Shown here: positions 21,090 to 30,832 of the stretch, one piece after another
How positions within the stretch are numbered: position 1 is the first letter of the stretch
How the letters are laid out: every line of letters starts with the position of its first letter
From: a virus
Lineage: Duplodnaviria > Caudoviricetes
DNA length: 50,574 nt
Reading direction: 5' to 3' (one strand)
IMG/VR virus record: IMGVR_UViG_3300032226_000543
Location: 1-50,574 of that record
Position numbers and translations under genes: made by a program
The notes under the pieces: generated by a model
The model's input: only the letters and a program-made list of their open reading frames with translations
Told to the model about the DNA's origin: nothing
The model's database searches: none

Positions 21090-23387
21090 ATGCCATATAT
21101 TGTAAATTTTACCGACAAAGAAAACAAGACTCCTATTACAGTCTATGATAATACTTCTAATGCAGATACAAGTTTAGATTTTCCAGGACGAAATGTCACG
21201 GGATACGGACAAATTATTGCTGAAAACTTTTTAGCATTGTTAGAAAACTTTGCCAGCGGAGCAGCACCAACCAACCCAGTTGAAGGGCAACTGTGGTATA
21301 ATTCCCTAGAAGGTATTTTACAGATCTGGGATAATACACAATGGAAAGCTGCCAGCAACATTCAAAAGAGTACCAGTGAACCTTCGGTAGAATCCGCTAG
21401 AGTTGGCGAACTTTGGGTTGACACTACCAACCAACAGTTGTATGTGTTTTCAGGATCAAGTTGGATTCTAGTTGGTCCTAATTTTTCTACAGGATTGCAA
21501 TCTGGACCTGTTGTAGAGTCTATCATTGATAGTGATAACTTTGATAGAGTTATTGTAACTTTTTATGTAGAAGATAAACCAATTATTGTTATTAGTAAGG
21601 ATAGTTTTACTCCTAAAAATTCTATCAACGGATTTTCGTCAATCAAGACAGGTATTAACATTACCAGTCTAGATATAGGCGATGGCGGATTTCTTCCAAA
21701 GTTCTACGGCACCGCTATTGCAGCAGATGCTTTAAACGTTGCAGGCACAGCAGTTGCCGCAGCTAAATTTTTAAGATCAGATACAACTAATACAACAGAA
21801 CAAAATTTTAATATTAGAAACAATGCCGGTCTTACTATTGGAGTTGATGGAACATTTAGTTTAGCCAGTGATCAGGGCGCAGCTAAAATTTATAATGCAC
21901 GAGCTCAGTCAAGCATAGATTTTCAGACCAACAGAAATGGTATACCAAACACCGTTTTAACAATTAGAGACGATAAAGTTGGTATTAACGCTACCTCACT
22001 AGACGAAGCACTAACTGTTAGTGGAAATATCAAAACTGATGGAAGTTTGATTCTCACCAACACTACTGAAAGCACTAATTTTAACAACGGTAGTTTTAGA
22101 ACTGCCGGAGGTATTGCAATAACAAAAAATGCACTCATTGGAAAAAATATTGATGTTTATGGCCAGACGATCGTAACATCAATTGAGCCAAGAGAAACGG
22201 AAAGATATGATAACGGCAGTTTAACAAGACGATGGAATACTGTTAGGACCAAAACTCTTATTGCAGATACTTTAGTTGGAGCACTTGAAGGTAACATTAT
22301 CGGTAATGCTACTACAGCAACTAACTTACGCTTTCCAACAACATTTAAAATGCAGGGCGATGTAACCTCTGCAAATATTACCTTTGACGGACAAGTTGGC
22401 GGTACCACAAAAACTTTTGAAACAGTAATTACATCTGGTATTATTTCCAGTAAAGTTCAACCTAGTCCTAATGTGTCAAAAGCTGATGATTTTGTTCTAG
22501 TTTTTAGATCTGGAGAAGGTTTATTAAAAGAAACTAGAGATGTATTTGTTGGAGATCTTGGCGTGCCTGTTGGCACAATTTTGCCGTTTGCGGGCGCAGC
22601 AGCACCTTATGGTTATCTATTATGTGACGGTAGCGAGCAAGAAACTGCCAAGTACCTAGCACTGTATAATGTTATTGGAACAACATACGGCACACCATTT
22701 AGGGGTCAAGCCGGCTTGACCTTTGTATTACCCGACATGCGTGGAAGATTTCCATTAGGTAAACACAACATGGATAATAATAACACAGTTCCGTTGGGCG
22801 GTGGATTTATTGATGCTGGCGGCGGATTACCTACTAGCGAAGCAATACCTGCAGCAAGTCTTGTTGAAGGTCGTCGATATACAATTTCAAGTATTTCTAA
22901 TACTCCTTGGAATTTAATAGGTTATGTAGGAACCCCTACCATCGGCGGAGTTTTTACTAGAAATAGCACAGTAATACCAACAGACCCGCCACCAGGTTAC
23001 GGAACAGGCACTGCAACACTAGTTCCTAGAGTCGATGATACACAAGCTTCTACTTTAGGTGGATCCAGCGGCGACTATAGAAATACTTTGACAGCGACCA
23101 ACATTCCACAACACGAACATAACTTTAGGGCACTTAATGATGCAGGAGTTAGCGGAAATAATCAATATCATGCAACGCGATTAGATACTGCTAGTCCTCA
23201 AGGATTTGACCCAGCAGAGGGCGCCTTCCTTGGTCGAGGACCCACAACTCCTGGACAGATGCAATACCTTCCAAGTAGCGGCGGAGTATTAGGTTATACA
23301 ACACCGGAACTGGGACAAAGTTTTTCAATTATGAATCCCTACCTAACGCTGAACTATATTATCCGTTCAGGACCACCAGTATTCTAA
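21090..23387 (+). CDS. Tail fibre protein with phage tail-collar domain (short tail fibre-like)
   Basis: Shared N-terminal module (GRNVTGYGQIIAENFLALLENFA...GQLWY); collar motif VPVGTILPFAGAAAPYGYLLCDGS...FVLPDMRGRFPLG; LTATNIPQHEH HxH motif and C-terminal MNPYLTLNYII. Confidence 0.85.
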   Translation: MPYIVNFTDKENKTPITVYDNTSNADTSLDFPGRNVTGYGQIIAENFLALLENFASGAAPTNPVEGQLWYNSLEGILQIWDNTQWKAASNIQKSTSEPSVESARVGELWVDTTNQQLYVFSGSSWILVGPNFSTGLQSGPVVESIIDSDNFDRVIVTFYVEDKPIIVISKDSFTPKNSINGFSSIKTGINITSLDIGDGGFLPKFYGTAIAADALNVAGTAVAAAKFLRSDTTNTTEQNFNIRNNAGLTIGVDGTFSLASDQGAAKIYNARAQSSIDFQTNRNGIPNTVLTIRDDKVGINATSLDEALTVSGNIKTDGSLILTNTTESTNFNNGSFRTAGGIAITKNALIGKNIDVYGQTIVTSIEPRETERYDNGSLTRRWNTVRTKTLIADTLVGALEGNIIGNATTATNLRFPTTFKMQGDVTSANITFDGQVGGTTKTFETVITSGIISSKVQPSPNVSKADDFVLVFRSGEGLLKETRDVFVGDLGVPVGTILPFAGAAAPYGYLLCDGSEQETAKYLALYNVIGTTYGTPFRGQAGLTFVLPDMRGRFPLGKHNMDNNNTVPLGGGFIDAGGGLPTSEAIPAASLVEGRRYTISSISNTPWNLIGYVGTPTIGGVFTRNSTVIPTDPPPGYGTGTATLVPRVDDTQASTLGGSSGDYRNTLTATNIPQHEHNFRALNDAGVSGNNQYHATRLDTASPQGFDPAEGAFLGRGPTTPGQMQYLPSSGGVLGYTTPELGQSFSIMNPYLTLNYIIRSGPPVF

Positions 23388-23397
23388 GAGATAAAAT

Positions 23398-25197
23398 ATG
23401 GCATATTTAATTACCAAATCAGACGGAACAACATTAACCACAGTATCGGATGGTCAAATTGATGACTTATCGACAGACCTTACTCTTATAGGTAAAAATT
23501 ACAGCGGGTTTGGTGAAGCGTTTAATGAAAACCTTATTAAGTTATTAGAAAATTTTGCCAGCTCTGTAAGACCAGCTCGTCCAACAAGAGGACAAATTTG
23601 GTTTGATGTTACAGAATTAAAATTAAAAGTTTACAATGGCACAGCATTTCAGCCAGTTAGCTCGGCAACTATTTCGGCAACACAACCTACCTCTTTAACT
23701 CCGGGCGATTTATGGTTTGACGACACAAACAAACAACTGTATTTTTATGACGGTGTAAACACTCTATTACTTGGACCAAGCTATGGATTGAGTCAAGGGA
23801 TTAGTGGAATTCGTGTTAACACAATTTTAGATTCTCTAAATCAAAACAAAGTTATAACTAGTCTTTACAACAACGGAACGTTGATTGGCATTTTTTCAAG
23901 TAGTGAAACTGAGTTTACACCAAAGATTCCTATTGCAGGATTTAGTGGAACGGTTATTCCTGGCTTTAATGCCAGCACCGTTGCTGGTCTTAAATTTAAT
24001 GTAACAGCAACCAATTCTGAAAAACTAGGTGGTAGGCTTGATACAACATATGTTAGAAACGATACCAGCGGAGTAATTGTTGGAAAGTTAGGAGTTACTC
24101 AGGGAGTTGAAATTGGTGATGCACAACAGGTTAAGTTGTTAGAAACTAACGGAGACCTGTTATTACAAAACGTTGCGCAGAATAAATTTATTAAAATTAG
24201 TGCTCGTAGGGGCGCGGTGCAAGATGATGCGATGGTTATTGAACCGAGTTCTCAAACTGTAAAGATCTATGATGGATTTTTAAGTAGTCAAACTACAGTA
24301 GGCGGTAACTTAACAGTCAACGGAGACCTTAGAGTTTTAGGTAATACAGTAGCAGTTGATGTTGCAAATCTTCGAGTTGAAAACAAGCAGATTGAATTAG
24401 GTACGGCCGCCGATAGTTCTATATTAACTAACGAACAAGCGGATGGTGGTGGTATCATATTACGATCATCTGGCACAGGCGGTGATAAAGAAATTTATTG
24501 GAGTCTTACTAGAGATTCGTGGATCTCTAATCAAAACTTTGATTTAGAATATGGTAAGTCATTTAGAATTAATGGAGTTGAGGTACTAAAATACAACGAA
24601 GGCGCAGCAACATACGAATTAACCAATGCTGTAACTCGAGCAAACGGCATTAACATTTTTGGTGTGCAGGCAGAATTTACCATTGATAATATCTTTGTGA
24701 ACAACAATAGAATTGCATCAGTCAATGCTAACGGCAATATTGAATTATATCCTAATGGAAATGGCAATGTTGTATTAAACGGAACGGCAAGGATTACCGA
24801 TGTTGGCGAACCCGTTGGCATATCTGATGTCACTACTAAAAATTATGTTGATGTGCAAATCAAAGCAAAACCTCTGGCACTATCAATGGACATCAGTGAT
24901 GGTCGAACTAACGAACAAATTGCTGAAGATTTACAATCTATTGCTCCGGTATTAGAATACGATAACGGAACAGTTGCTAGAATTTTATGTACCATTGTTT
25001 CGGAAGTTCGACCAACATTAAACATAAACTCTTATATAAATGAGTCAACAGCAACATTTAATACTCCGGCAGGAACCGGTTCTGCATTAACTGATGTTTC
25101 GTTTGGTGATATATCGATTCCTGCCCCTGCATATAACATCAGTAGAATTGTAAAAACATATCAAATAATTGCAAATGCATGGACATTTGTATCATAA
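23398..25197 (+). CDS. Tail fibre-like virion protein (paralogue 2)
   Basis: Shared N-terminal module GKNYSGFGEAFNENLIKLLENFA...GQIWFD; beta-rich shaft (GGNLTVNGDLRVLG; DVTTKNYVD). Confidence 0.7.
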   Translation: MAYLITKSDGTTLTTVSDGQIDDLSTDLTLIGKNYSGFGEAFNENLIKLLENFASSVRPARPTRGQIWFDVTELKLKVYNGTAFQPVSSATISATQPTSLTPGDLWFDDTNKQLYFYDGVNTLLLGPSYGLSQGISGIRVNTILDSLNQNKVITSLYNNGTLIGIFSSSETEFTPKIPIAGFSGTVIPGFNASTVAGLKFNVTATNSEKLGGRLDTTYVRNDTSGVIVGKLGVTQGVEIGDAQQVKLLETNGDLLLQNVAQNKFIKISARRGAVQDDAMVIEPSSQTVKIYDGFLSSQTTVGGNLTVNGDLRVLGNTVAVDVANLRVENKQIELGTAADSSILTNEQADGGGIILRSSGTGGDKEIYWSLTRDSWISNQNFDLEYGKSFRINGVEVLKYNEGAATYELTNAVTRANGINIFGVQAEFTIDNIFVNNNRIASVNANGNIELYPNGNGNVVLNGTARITDVGEPVGISDVTTKNYVDVQIKAKPLALSMDISDGRTNEQIAEDLQSIAPVLEYDNGTVARILCTIVSEVRPTLNINSYINESTATFNTPAGTGSALTDVSFGDISIPAPAYNISRIVKTYQIIANAWTFVS

Positions 25198-25215
25198 TGA
25201 AATACGGAGCGACTA

Positions 25216-28200
25216 ATGGCCTACATAATTAATAGATTCGACGGAACACAACTTACTATAGTTGATGATGGTATTTTAGATACCAGCACTCCTGTAGGCC
25301 TAATTGGTAGAAATTATACCGGCTACGGTGAAGTTCAAAATGAAAACTTTATTTTCTTACTTGAGAACTTTGCCAACGCAAGTCCTCCAGCTAGAGCATT
25401 AAGTGGACAAGCATGGTATGATAAAGGTGCAAAAGCTCTAAAAGTTTACAACGGTACGACCTGGTTAAGTATTGGCAATGCCACAGTTAGTGAAACAGAA
25501 CCGGCTCACAGTAACGGTGGCTTATGGTTAAAAACTACTACACAACAATTATTTGTTAGTGATGGAATAACTTGGAGACAGGTTGGTCCAGAAGCCGCCG
25601 AAGGATTTTCAGTCACTAAGATGACTAGTACTAAAATTAAGTCAGCTACCGGTGCATTTTACCCTGTTATTCTAACACAGATTAACGGTGTTACTACTGC
25701 TATCCATTCTGATCAAGAATTTACAATTTCTGCAGATGCGGCAGTTCCTGGATTTACTGTAATATATCCTGGGTTAAATTATCCAAATACTGGGATTAGT
25801 AGTTCGACAGTAGTAACTCAATTACAAGATTTATTATTAGCGGATTCTACTAATAATATTTTTAATAATCAAATTTTAAGTTTAATAACTGTCGACGGTA
25901 TACAACTTTCTCTCTACAAGGTTTATGAAAGTTCTGATAACAATATTCTATTGTATCAATTAACTGAGGGATCAGAATGGGTATTAGAAGATAGGTTAGG
26001 AAGAACACCTGACAGATATTCTCAGATTGGTATAACAAACCCAACTTCTATTACTACTTGGTATGATAGTCGTCCTAGATTTGGTGGAAGTGTTATTTCT
26101 GGGCCAACTATTACTGGAACTGAGATAACCTCCATAGTTAATAATGTAATTTCAAAGTATGCAGTGACTGGAAATCTTAGAGGTAATGCCGACACAGCAA
26201 CATTATTACAAAATGCAAAAACAATTAACGGCAAGATATTTAACGGGTCATCGAATATTGAAATAACAGCAGCAACCAACCAGCCATTAAAGGCCGGCGA
26301 CTTTATTATTGGATCTGAATTTAACGGAGCATTTGAAACCACTTGGGATATTAATGCTACTTCAGAAAATATTATAGGTACTGTGGTAGCAAGAAATTCA
26401 GTAGGCGGCTTTTCAGCAACTACAGTTAATGCTGATTTATTTGGCAATGTGCAGGGTAATGTTACCGCAGTAACTGGCACTAGTACTTTTAATAATATTG
26501 TAGTTGATACTATCGAGGGCGGCTCATTTTCCGGAGTTGCTAATCGTGCAATAAGATTAGAAACTGCTCGCCTTATTAATACTGTGCCCTTTAACGGAAC
26601 TGAAAATATTACATTGCCAGTTCCAGCCGAAACACTTGTAGGAAATACGCTAGCACCTAATGTTGTTGATTCGGTGTTAACAAGTTTAGGAAAATTAGTT
26701 GCATTGGAAGTAGAAGCACCTGGTATTATTGTTGGAGACGGTAATAACCTCAATATTAAAATTGAAGGATTTACTCCTACGCTAGAATCTGATGTTTCTA
26801 ATGCAATAAAATTAAAATTGTTAACCGGCTCAGTAACCGTTGCCCCAACAACACTTACATTTATATCTGCTAATGCTGCCAATGCTGACGGAGTATTATC
26901 ACCAGCATTTGTTCCAGACTATACATTGACCACTCCTGCTAATCAACGACCAGTATTAGGATTGCCTAGTCATAGATGGAAAGACATATACTCAGCCGCA
27001 GCAACATTAGATGTGTTAAAAGCCACCACACTAAGTGGTAGGACATTAGCCGATGAAGTTACAGTATCTAACAAATTAATTGTTAACAACGGAACCTACA
27101 GTGCATTATTTGGCAATGTAACTGGTAATCTAACTGGTAATGTAACAGGCGCTGCCAGTTTAAACATGCTAAAATCTGGAGATACTCTAACTGGAGATAT
27201 TAGCTGGACTAGTTCTGGTAGAGGTCTTGCATGGTCAATGAATACAGATACTGCAAGTATTCGTTATTACAATACAGCCGACGGTTCTACTGATAACAGA
27301 TTAGAATTTAACACCGGCGACAACACCAACGAATTTTTTAGATGGACACATACTCTAGGCGCATCAACTTACGAGTCTATGCGACTAACTCCAAACAGTG
27401 ACGGTGGTGCAATTCTAAGGGTCTCTGGACAGATCACAGTAGTTGGCGGAGGCGTGTCAGCCCCAACTTATATTGGAGATGCCAACCAACTTACTAATTT
27501 AAATGCTACTCAGTTATTAACTGGCACAATTCCAACAGCCAGACTTACTGGAACATACAATATAAGCATTGCAGGAAATGTTGCAGGCGATGTTACTGGT
27601 AATCTTCAAGGTAATGTAAATGGTAATGTAACTGGTAGTGTCATTGGCTCTGCCAGCCTTAATGTTCTTAAAACAGGTGATACACTAACTGGTGATTTAG
27701 CTTGGTCTATAGCTGGCCGTGGATTAACTTGGGGCATGAACTCAGACGGAGCAAGTATTCGTTTCTACAATGTTGGCGATGGCGATACTGCCAGCAGATT
27801 GGAGTTTCAAACCAGCGACAACGGCAATGAGTATTTCAGTTGGACACATGCTCTAAGCGGTGGCGGCACACTGGAGTCAATGCGACTTACTCCTAATAGT
27901 TCAGGAAATGCTGCTCTACGCATCTATGGTAATGTTACAGTAGACGGCACAGCCAACGGCACATTTAGCGGCACAGGCACAAGTTTAAACATTAATGCCG
28001 ATAGACTAACAACTGGTACAGTACCTCTAGCTAGATTAAGCGGCACATACAATATTTCTATTTCTGGAAATGCTAATACAGCGACCACTGCTGGAACAGC
28101 AACTAACCAAGCTGGAGGTTCTGTAAATGCAACAACTGGTTCATTTAGCGGAAGAGTAGCACAGTCAGTTAGTGGTTTCCATGCAGCTTCGAAAGAAGTT

Positions 28201-30426
28201 ATCTCGACTAGAACTGACAGCGGATTTTATGATTGGCCAAATCCAACAACGGCCAACGGTTGGCCAGTTAACGGCAGCTGGCATCATCTGTTGTCTAGTA
28301 CACATGTAAATGATGCCAACTATTATGCCATGCAGTTTAGTGCAGATTTTTATGCACAAAACTTGTACTATAGAAGCACAGGTGGTAGCGGAGCAACTGC
28401 TTGGAACAAGATATTACACAGTACTAATTTTAATGATTATGCTCCTACTAAAGCTGGAGCTGGCGCAACTGGCACCTGGAATATTTCTATTTTAGGCAAT
28501 GCTAATACAGTAACTAATTTAAACTCTGCTCAAATTGTATCAGCACTAGGTTACACTCCAGTTAATCCCGGAGCACTAACTAATCAATCTGGTGCAGCAA
28601 TAACCGGTAGCACAGCAACCTTTAGCGGGCAGGTAAATGTTTCAACCGCAGGTATTAGATTTCCATCAGACCCTTATGGTGGCGGTGGTGATTATGCAGG
28701 CATTACCTATGAGTCAGTTGGCGGTGAACGCACTAGATTGCGTTTTACTGTAGCTAACGATGCAGGTATTACCTCAGTTGATGACAAAGCAGAATTTATT
28801 GTTCCAGACAATAACAGCTTATTAGTTAATGGCCATGTCACACTTAATGCTGCCAACTACAATAACTATTCTCCAACATTATCTGGCACTGGTGCAACGG
28901 GCACATGGCCAATTAGCGTTACAGGTAATGCAGGTTCTGCAAGTTCTGTAGCCTGGACCGGAGTAACTAATAAACCCAGCAATTTTGTTTATAACGATGG
29001 TGGCACCTACGGAATTAATATTAGCGGAAATGCAGCCTCGGCAACAGGTACTACATTAGTTTATAATGAAGGAAATATTACAGCAGAAACAAACGGTTTT
29101 GGTGAGACTAGTGGTTTAAGATTGCGTAGTGTTTATAGCAATGGCTATCCTACATCATACGGTAATGTAATTTCAATGAGCGGCGCAGGAGGCGGCCAAC
29201 TGTTGGTTGGCTGGAGCGGCAGCACAGGAGCTCATGCAGACAACTATGTTCGCAGTCGTAGAGATGTTGGAACGACATGGAGTGCGTGGGCAAAATTAAT
29301 TACAGATGTTAACTATAACAGTTACTCACCGACACTAACAGGCGGAAATGCTAGCGGTACATGGGGCATCAACATTACCGGAAATGCAAATACCGTTACA
29401 GCAATTAGTTCAGCTCAGATTACAAATGCGTTAGGATATACTCCAGTTAACCCAAGCACGTTAACAAACACATCGGGTGCAACAGGCAGTTTCAGTACAA
29501 TAGCTGCTAGTGGCGATATAACAATTACTAAATCTCAACCAACTATATTTTTCAATGATACTGGCGACAGCGCAATTGAACTTGCTATAAGAGTTAATTC
29601 TGCTGAAGGATTGATTATATACGAACCAGAGGACGGCAGTGAATGGTTTAGAATTGATGATAACAGTAACGCAGGTTACTTGTGGTCAAGCCAAATTCTA
29701 ACCGCTAATAATTATAACACTTATGCCCCTACTAAAACGGGCACAGGGGCTAGCGGTACATGGCCAATTAGCATCAGTGGTAACGCAGTAACAGTTACCA
29801 GTGTTTCCTACCAACAGGTTGTTAACGCTCTAGGGTTTACTCCAGCTAATCAGTCTGATCTAACTAGAGTTACAACTAGTCCATTACAGGCTTCTAACAT
29901 AACAGCTACTGGTACACTAACAGTGGCACAAGGGGCTGGGTTAGGCATTCGTTGGCCAAATGATGCCTTTGGTGGCGGTGGCGATACTGCAAGTATTACA
30001 CTCGAGTCAGCTGGCGGCGAGGGTACTCGTATGCGCTTCTCAATGACCAATGATAGTGATGATTACTTTGAATTTACATCGCCTAACATCAACGGCATGA
30101 AAATGAACAGTTGGTCAGTGTTAAACGACGGTAACCTTTATATTATGGCCAGTGCCCAGTATGTATATGGATATACTAACACTGTTGGATACCTCAATTT
30201 TGGCTCTAACTATTTTGATGTGTATCCTCCAGCAGGATATACCATGGCGAACCTTGTGGCGTTCATTCCGTCTATCCATGTCATATATTTTGCAGGCGGA
30301 GTAAACGGAGATGATGTATTGGGATGTGTCTACTCTACCCTTAGTGATAGGGTCAGAGTTTTTGTACAAAATTCAGAACAGCGTAGCGCCCCAGCAGCAA
30401 ACTATTTGGCCATTTGGAGAAGATAA
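25216..30426 (+). CDS. Long tail fibre protein (1736 aa, modular and repetitive)
   Basis: Shared N-terminal module; ARLINTVPFNGTENI fibre motifs; GNVTG repeats; duplicated knob-like domains; immediately followed by a chaperone-like gene. Confidence 0.82.
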   Translation: MAYIINRFDGTQLTIVDDGILDTSTPVGLIGRNYTGYGEVQNENFIFLLENFANASPPARALSGQAWYDKGAKALKVYNGTTWLSIGNATVSETEPAHSNGGLWLKTTTQQLFVSDGITWRQVGPEAAEGFSVTKMTSTKIKSATGAFYPVILTQINGVTTAIHSDQEFTISADAAVPGFTVIYPGLNYPNTGISSSTVVTQLQDLLLADSTNNIFNNQILSLITVDGIQLSLYKVYESSDNNILLYQLTEGSEWVLEDRLGRTPDRYSQIGITNPTSITTWYDSRPRFGGSVISGPTITGTEITSIVNNVISKYAVTGNLRGNADTATLLQNAKTINGKIFNGSSNIEITAATNQPLKAGDFIIGSEFNGAFETTWDINATSENIIGTVVARNSVGGFSATTVNADLFGNVQGNVTAVTGTSTFNNIVVDTIEGGSFSGVANRAIRLETARLINTVPFNGTENITLPVPAETLVGNTLAPNVVDSVLTSLGKLVALEVEAPGIIVGDGNNLNIKIEGFTPTLESDVSNAIKLKLLTGSVTVAPTTLTFISANAANADGVLSPAFVPDYTLTTPANQRPVLGLPSHRWKDIYSAAATLDVLKATTLSGRTLADEVTVSNKLIVNNGTYSALFGNVTGNLTGNVTGAASLNMLKSGDTLTGDISWTSSGRGLAWSMNTDTASIRYYNTADGSTDNRLEFNTGDNTNEFFRWTHTLGASTYESMRLTPNSDGGAILRVSGQITVVGGGVSAPTYIGDANQLTNLNATQLLTGTIPTARLTGTYNISIAGNVAGDVTGNLQGNVNGNVTGSVIGSASLNVLKTGDTLTGDLAWSIAGRGLTWGMNSDGASIRFYNVGDGDTASRLEFQTSDNGNEYFSWTHALSGGGTLESMRLTPNSSGNAALRIYGNVTVDGTANGTFSGTGTSLNINADRLTTGTVPLARLSGTYNISISGNANTATTAGTATNQAGGSVNATTGSFSGRVAQSVSGFHAASKEVISTRTDSGFYDWPNPTTANGWPVNGSWHHLLSSTHVNDANYYAMQFSADFYAQNLYYRSTGGSGATAWNKILHSTNFNDYAPTKAGAGATGTWNISILGNANTVTNLNSAQIVSALGYTPVNPGALTNQSGAAITGSTATFSGQVNVSTAGIRFPSDPYGGGGDYAGITYESVGGERTRLRFTVANDAGITSVDDKAEFIVPDNNSLLVNGHVTLNAANYNNYSPTLSGTGATGTWPISVTGNAGSASSVAWTGVTNKPSNFVYNDGGTYGINISGNAASATGTTLVYNEGNITAETNGFGETSGLRLRSVYSNGYPTSYGNVISMSGAGGGQLLVGWSGSTGAHADNYVRSRRDVGTTWSAWAKLITDVNYNSYSPTLTGGNASGTWGINITGNANTVTAISSAQITNALGYTPVNPSTLTNTSGATGSFSTIAASGDITITKSQPTIFFNDTGDSAIELAIRVNSAEGLIIYEPEDGSEWFRIDDNSNAGYLWSSQILTANNYNTYAPTKTGTGASGTWPISISGNAVTVTSVSYQQVVNALGFTPANQSDLTRVTTSPLQASNITATGTLTVAQGAGLGIRWPNDAFGGGGDTASITLESAGGEGTRMRFSMTNDSDDYFEFTSPNINGMKMNSWSVLNDGNLYIMASAQYVYGYTNTVGYLNFGSNYFDVYPPAGYTMANLVAFIPSIHVIYFAGGVNGDDVLGCVYSTLSDRVRVFVQNSEQRSAPAANYLAIWRR

Positions 30427-30806
30427 TGTATTATATAGTTATTGAAGACAATAAAATTTCCGGCATATTAAATTATGAACCCAATGTGCCTGAAACACAC
30501 ACTGTGGTAGAAGTTACTGACGAAGAGCATGAAAGTATTATAACGGCTAAAACTCATTATTTTGATCTAGCAGATAATACAGTTAAATCATACAGTCAAA
30601 CGCATTTAGATACGGAAGCTGCTAAAGAAACTCAAAGAATTACAAATGCTGAAAAAAGAAAATTTTTGGCAGAGTCTGACTGGAAAGTCATGCGACATCT
30701 TCGTGAAAAAGCCCTAGGACAATCTACTAGCCTAACAGATCAACAGTACCTAGACCTAGAACAAGCTAGGGCAACAGCGGCAGCAGCAATAGTAGAAATC
30801 CAATAA
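30426..30806 (+). CDS. Putative tail fibre assembly chaperone
   Basis: The ATG at 30426 overlaps the fibre stop (TAATG), making it a better start than 30414. C-terminal RKFLAESDWKVMRHLRE...YLDLEQARATA resembles the L..SDW...R motif of fibre assembly chaperones. Confidence 0.65.
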   Translation: MYYIVIEDNKISGILNYEPNVPETHTVVEVTDEEHESIITAKTHYFDLADNTVKSYSQTHLDTEAAKETQRITNAEKRKFLAESDWKVMRHLREKALGQSTSLTDQQYLDLEQARATAAAAIVEIQ

Positions 30807-30809
30807 ATA
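30802..30809 (+). promoter_or_regulatory. Putative late promoter
   Basis: AATAAATA over the stop codon, followed by GGAG at 30822-30825 and the ATG at 30833. Confidence 0.5.
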
Positions 30810-30832
30810 CATGAATAATCCGGAGTGAGTGA

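Noticed and set aside
25795-26160. Intein or intron in the long fibre gene
   Set aside because: No His-Asn followed by Cys/Ser/Thr, no homing endonuclease motif and no frame interruption.
26022-26882. 286-aa antisense ORF and the many other short opposite-strand or nested ORFs
   Set aside because: They lie within long sense genes and are explained by codon bias of G/S/T/V/N-rich proteins; no recognisable motifs were found.
30811-30828. Five-codon ORF (MNNPE) between the TAAATA motif and the gene at 30833
   Set aside because: Too short to support; it overlaps the SD of the downstream gene and is likely chance.
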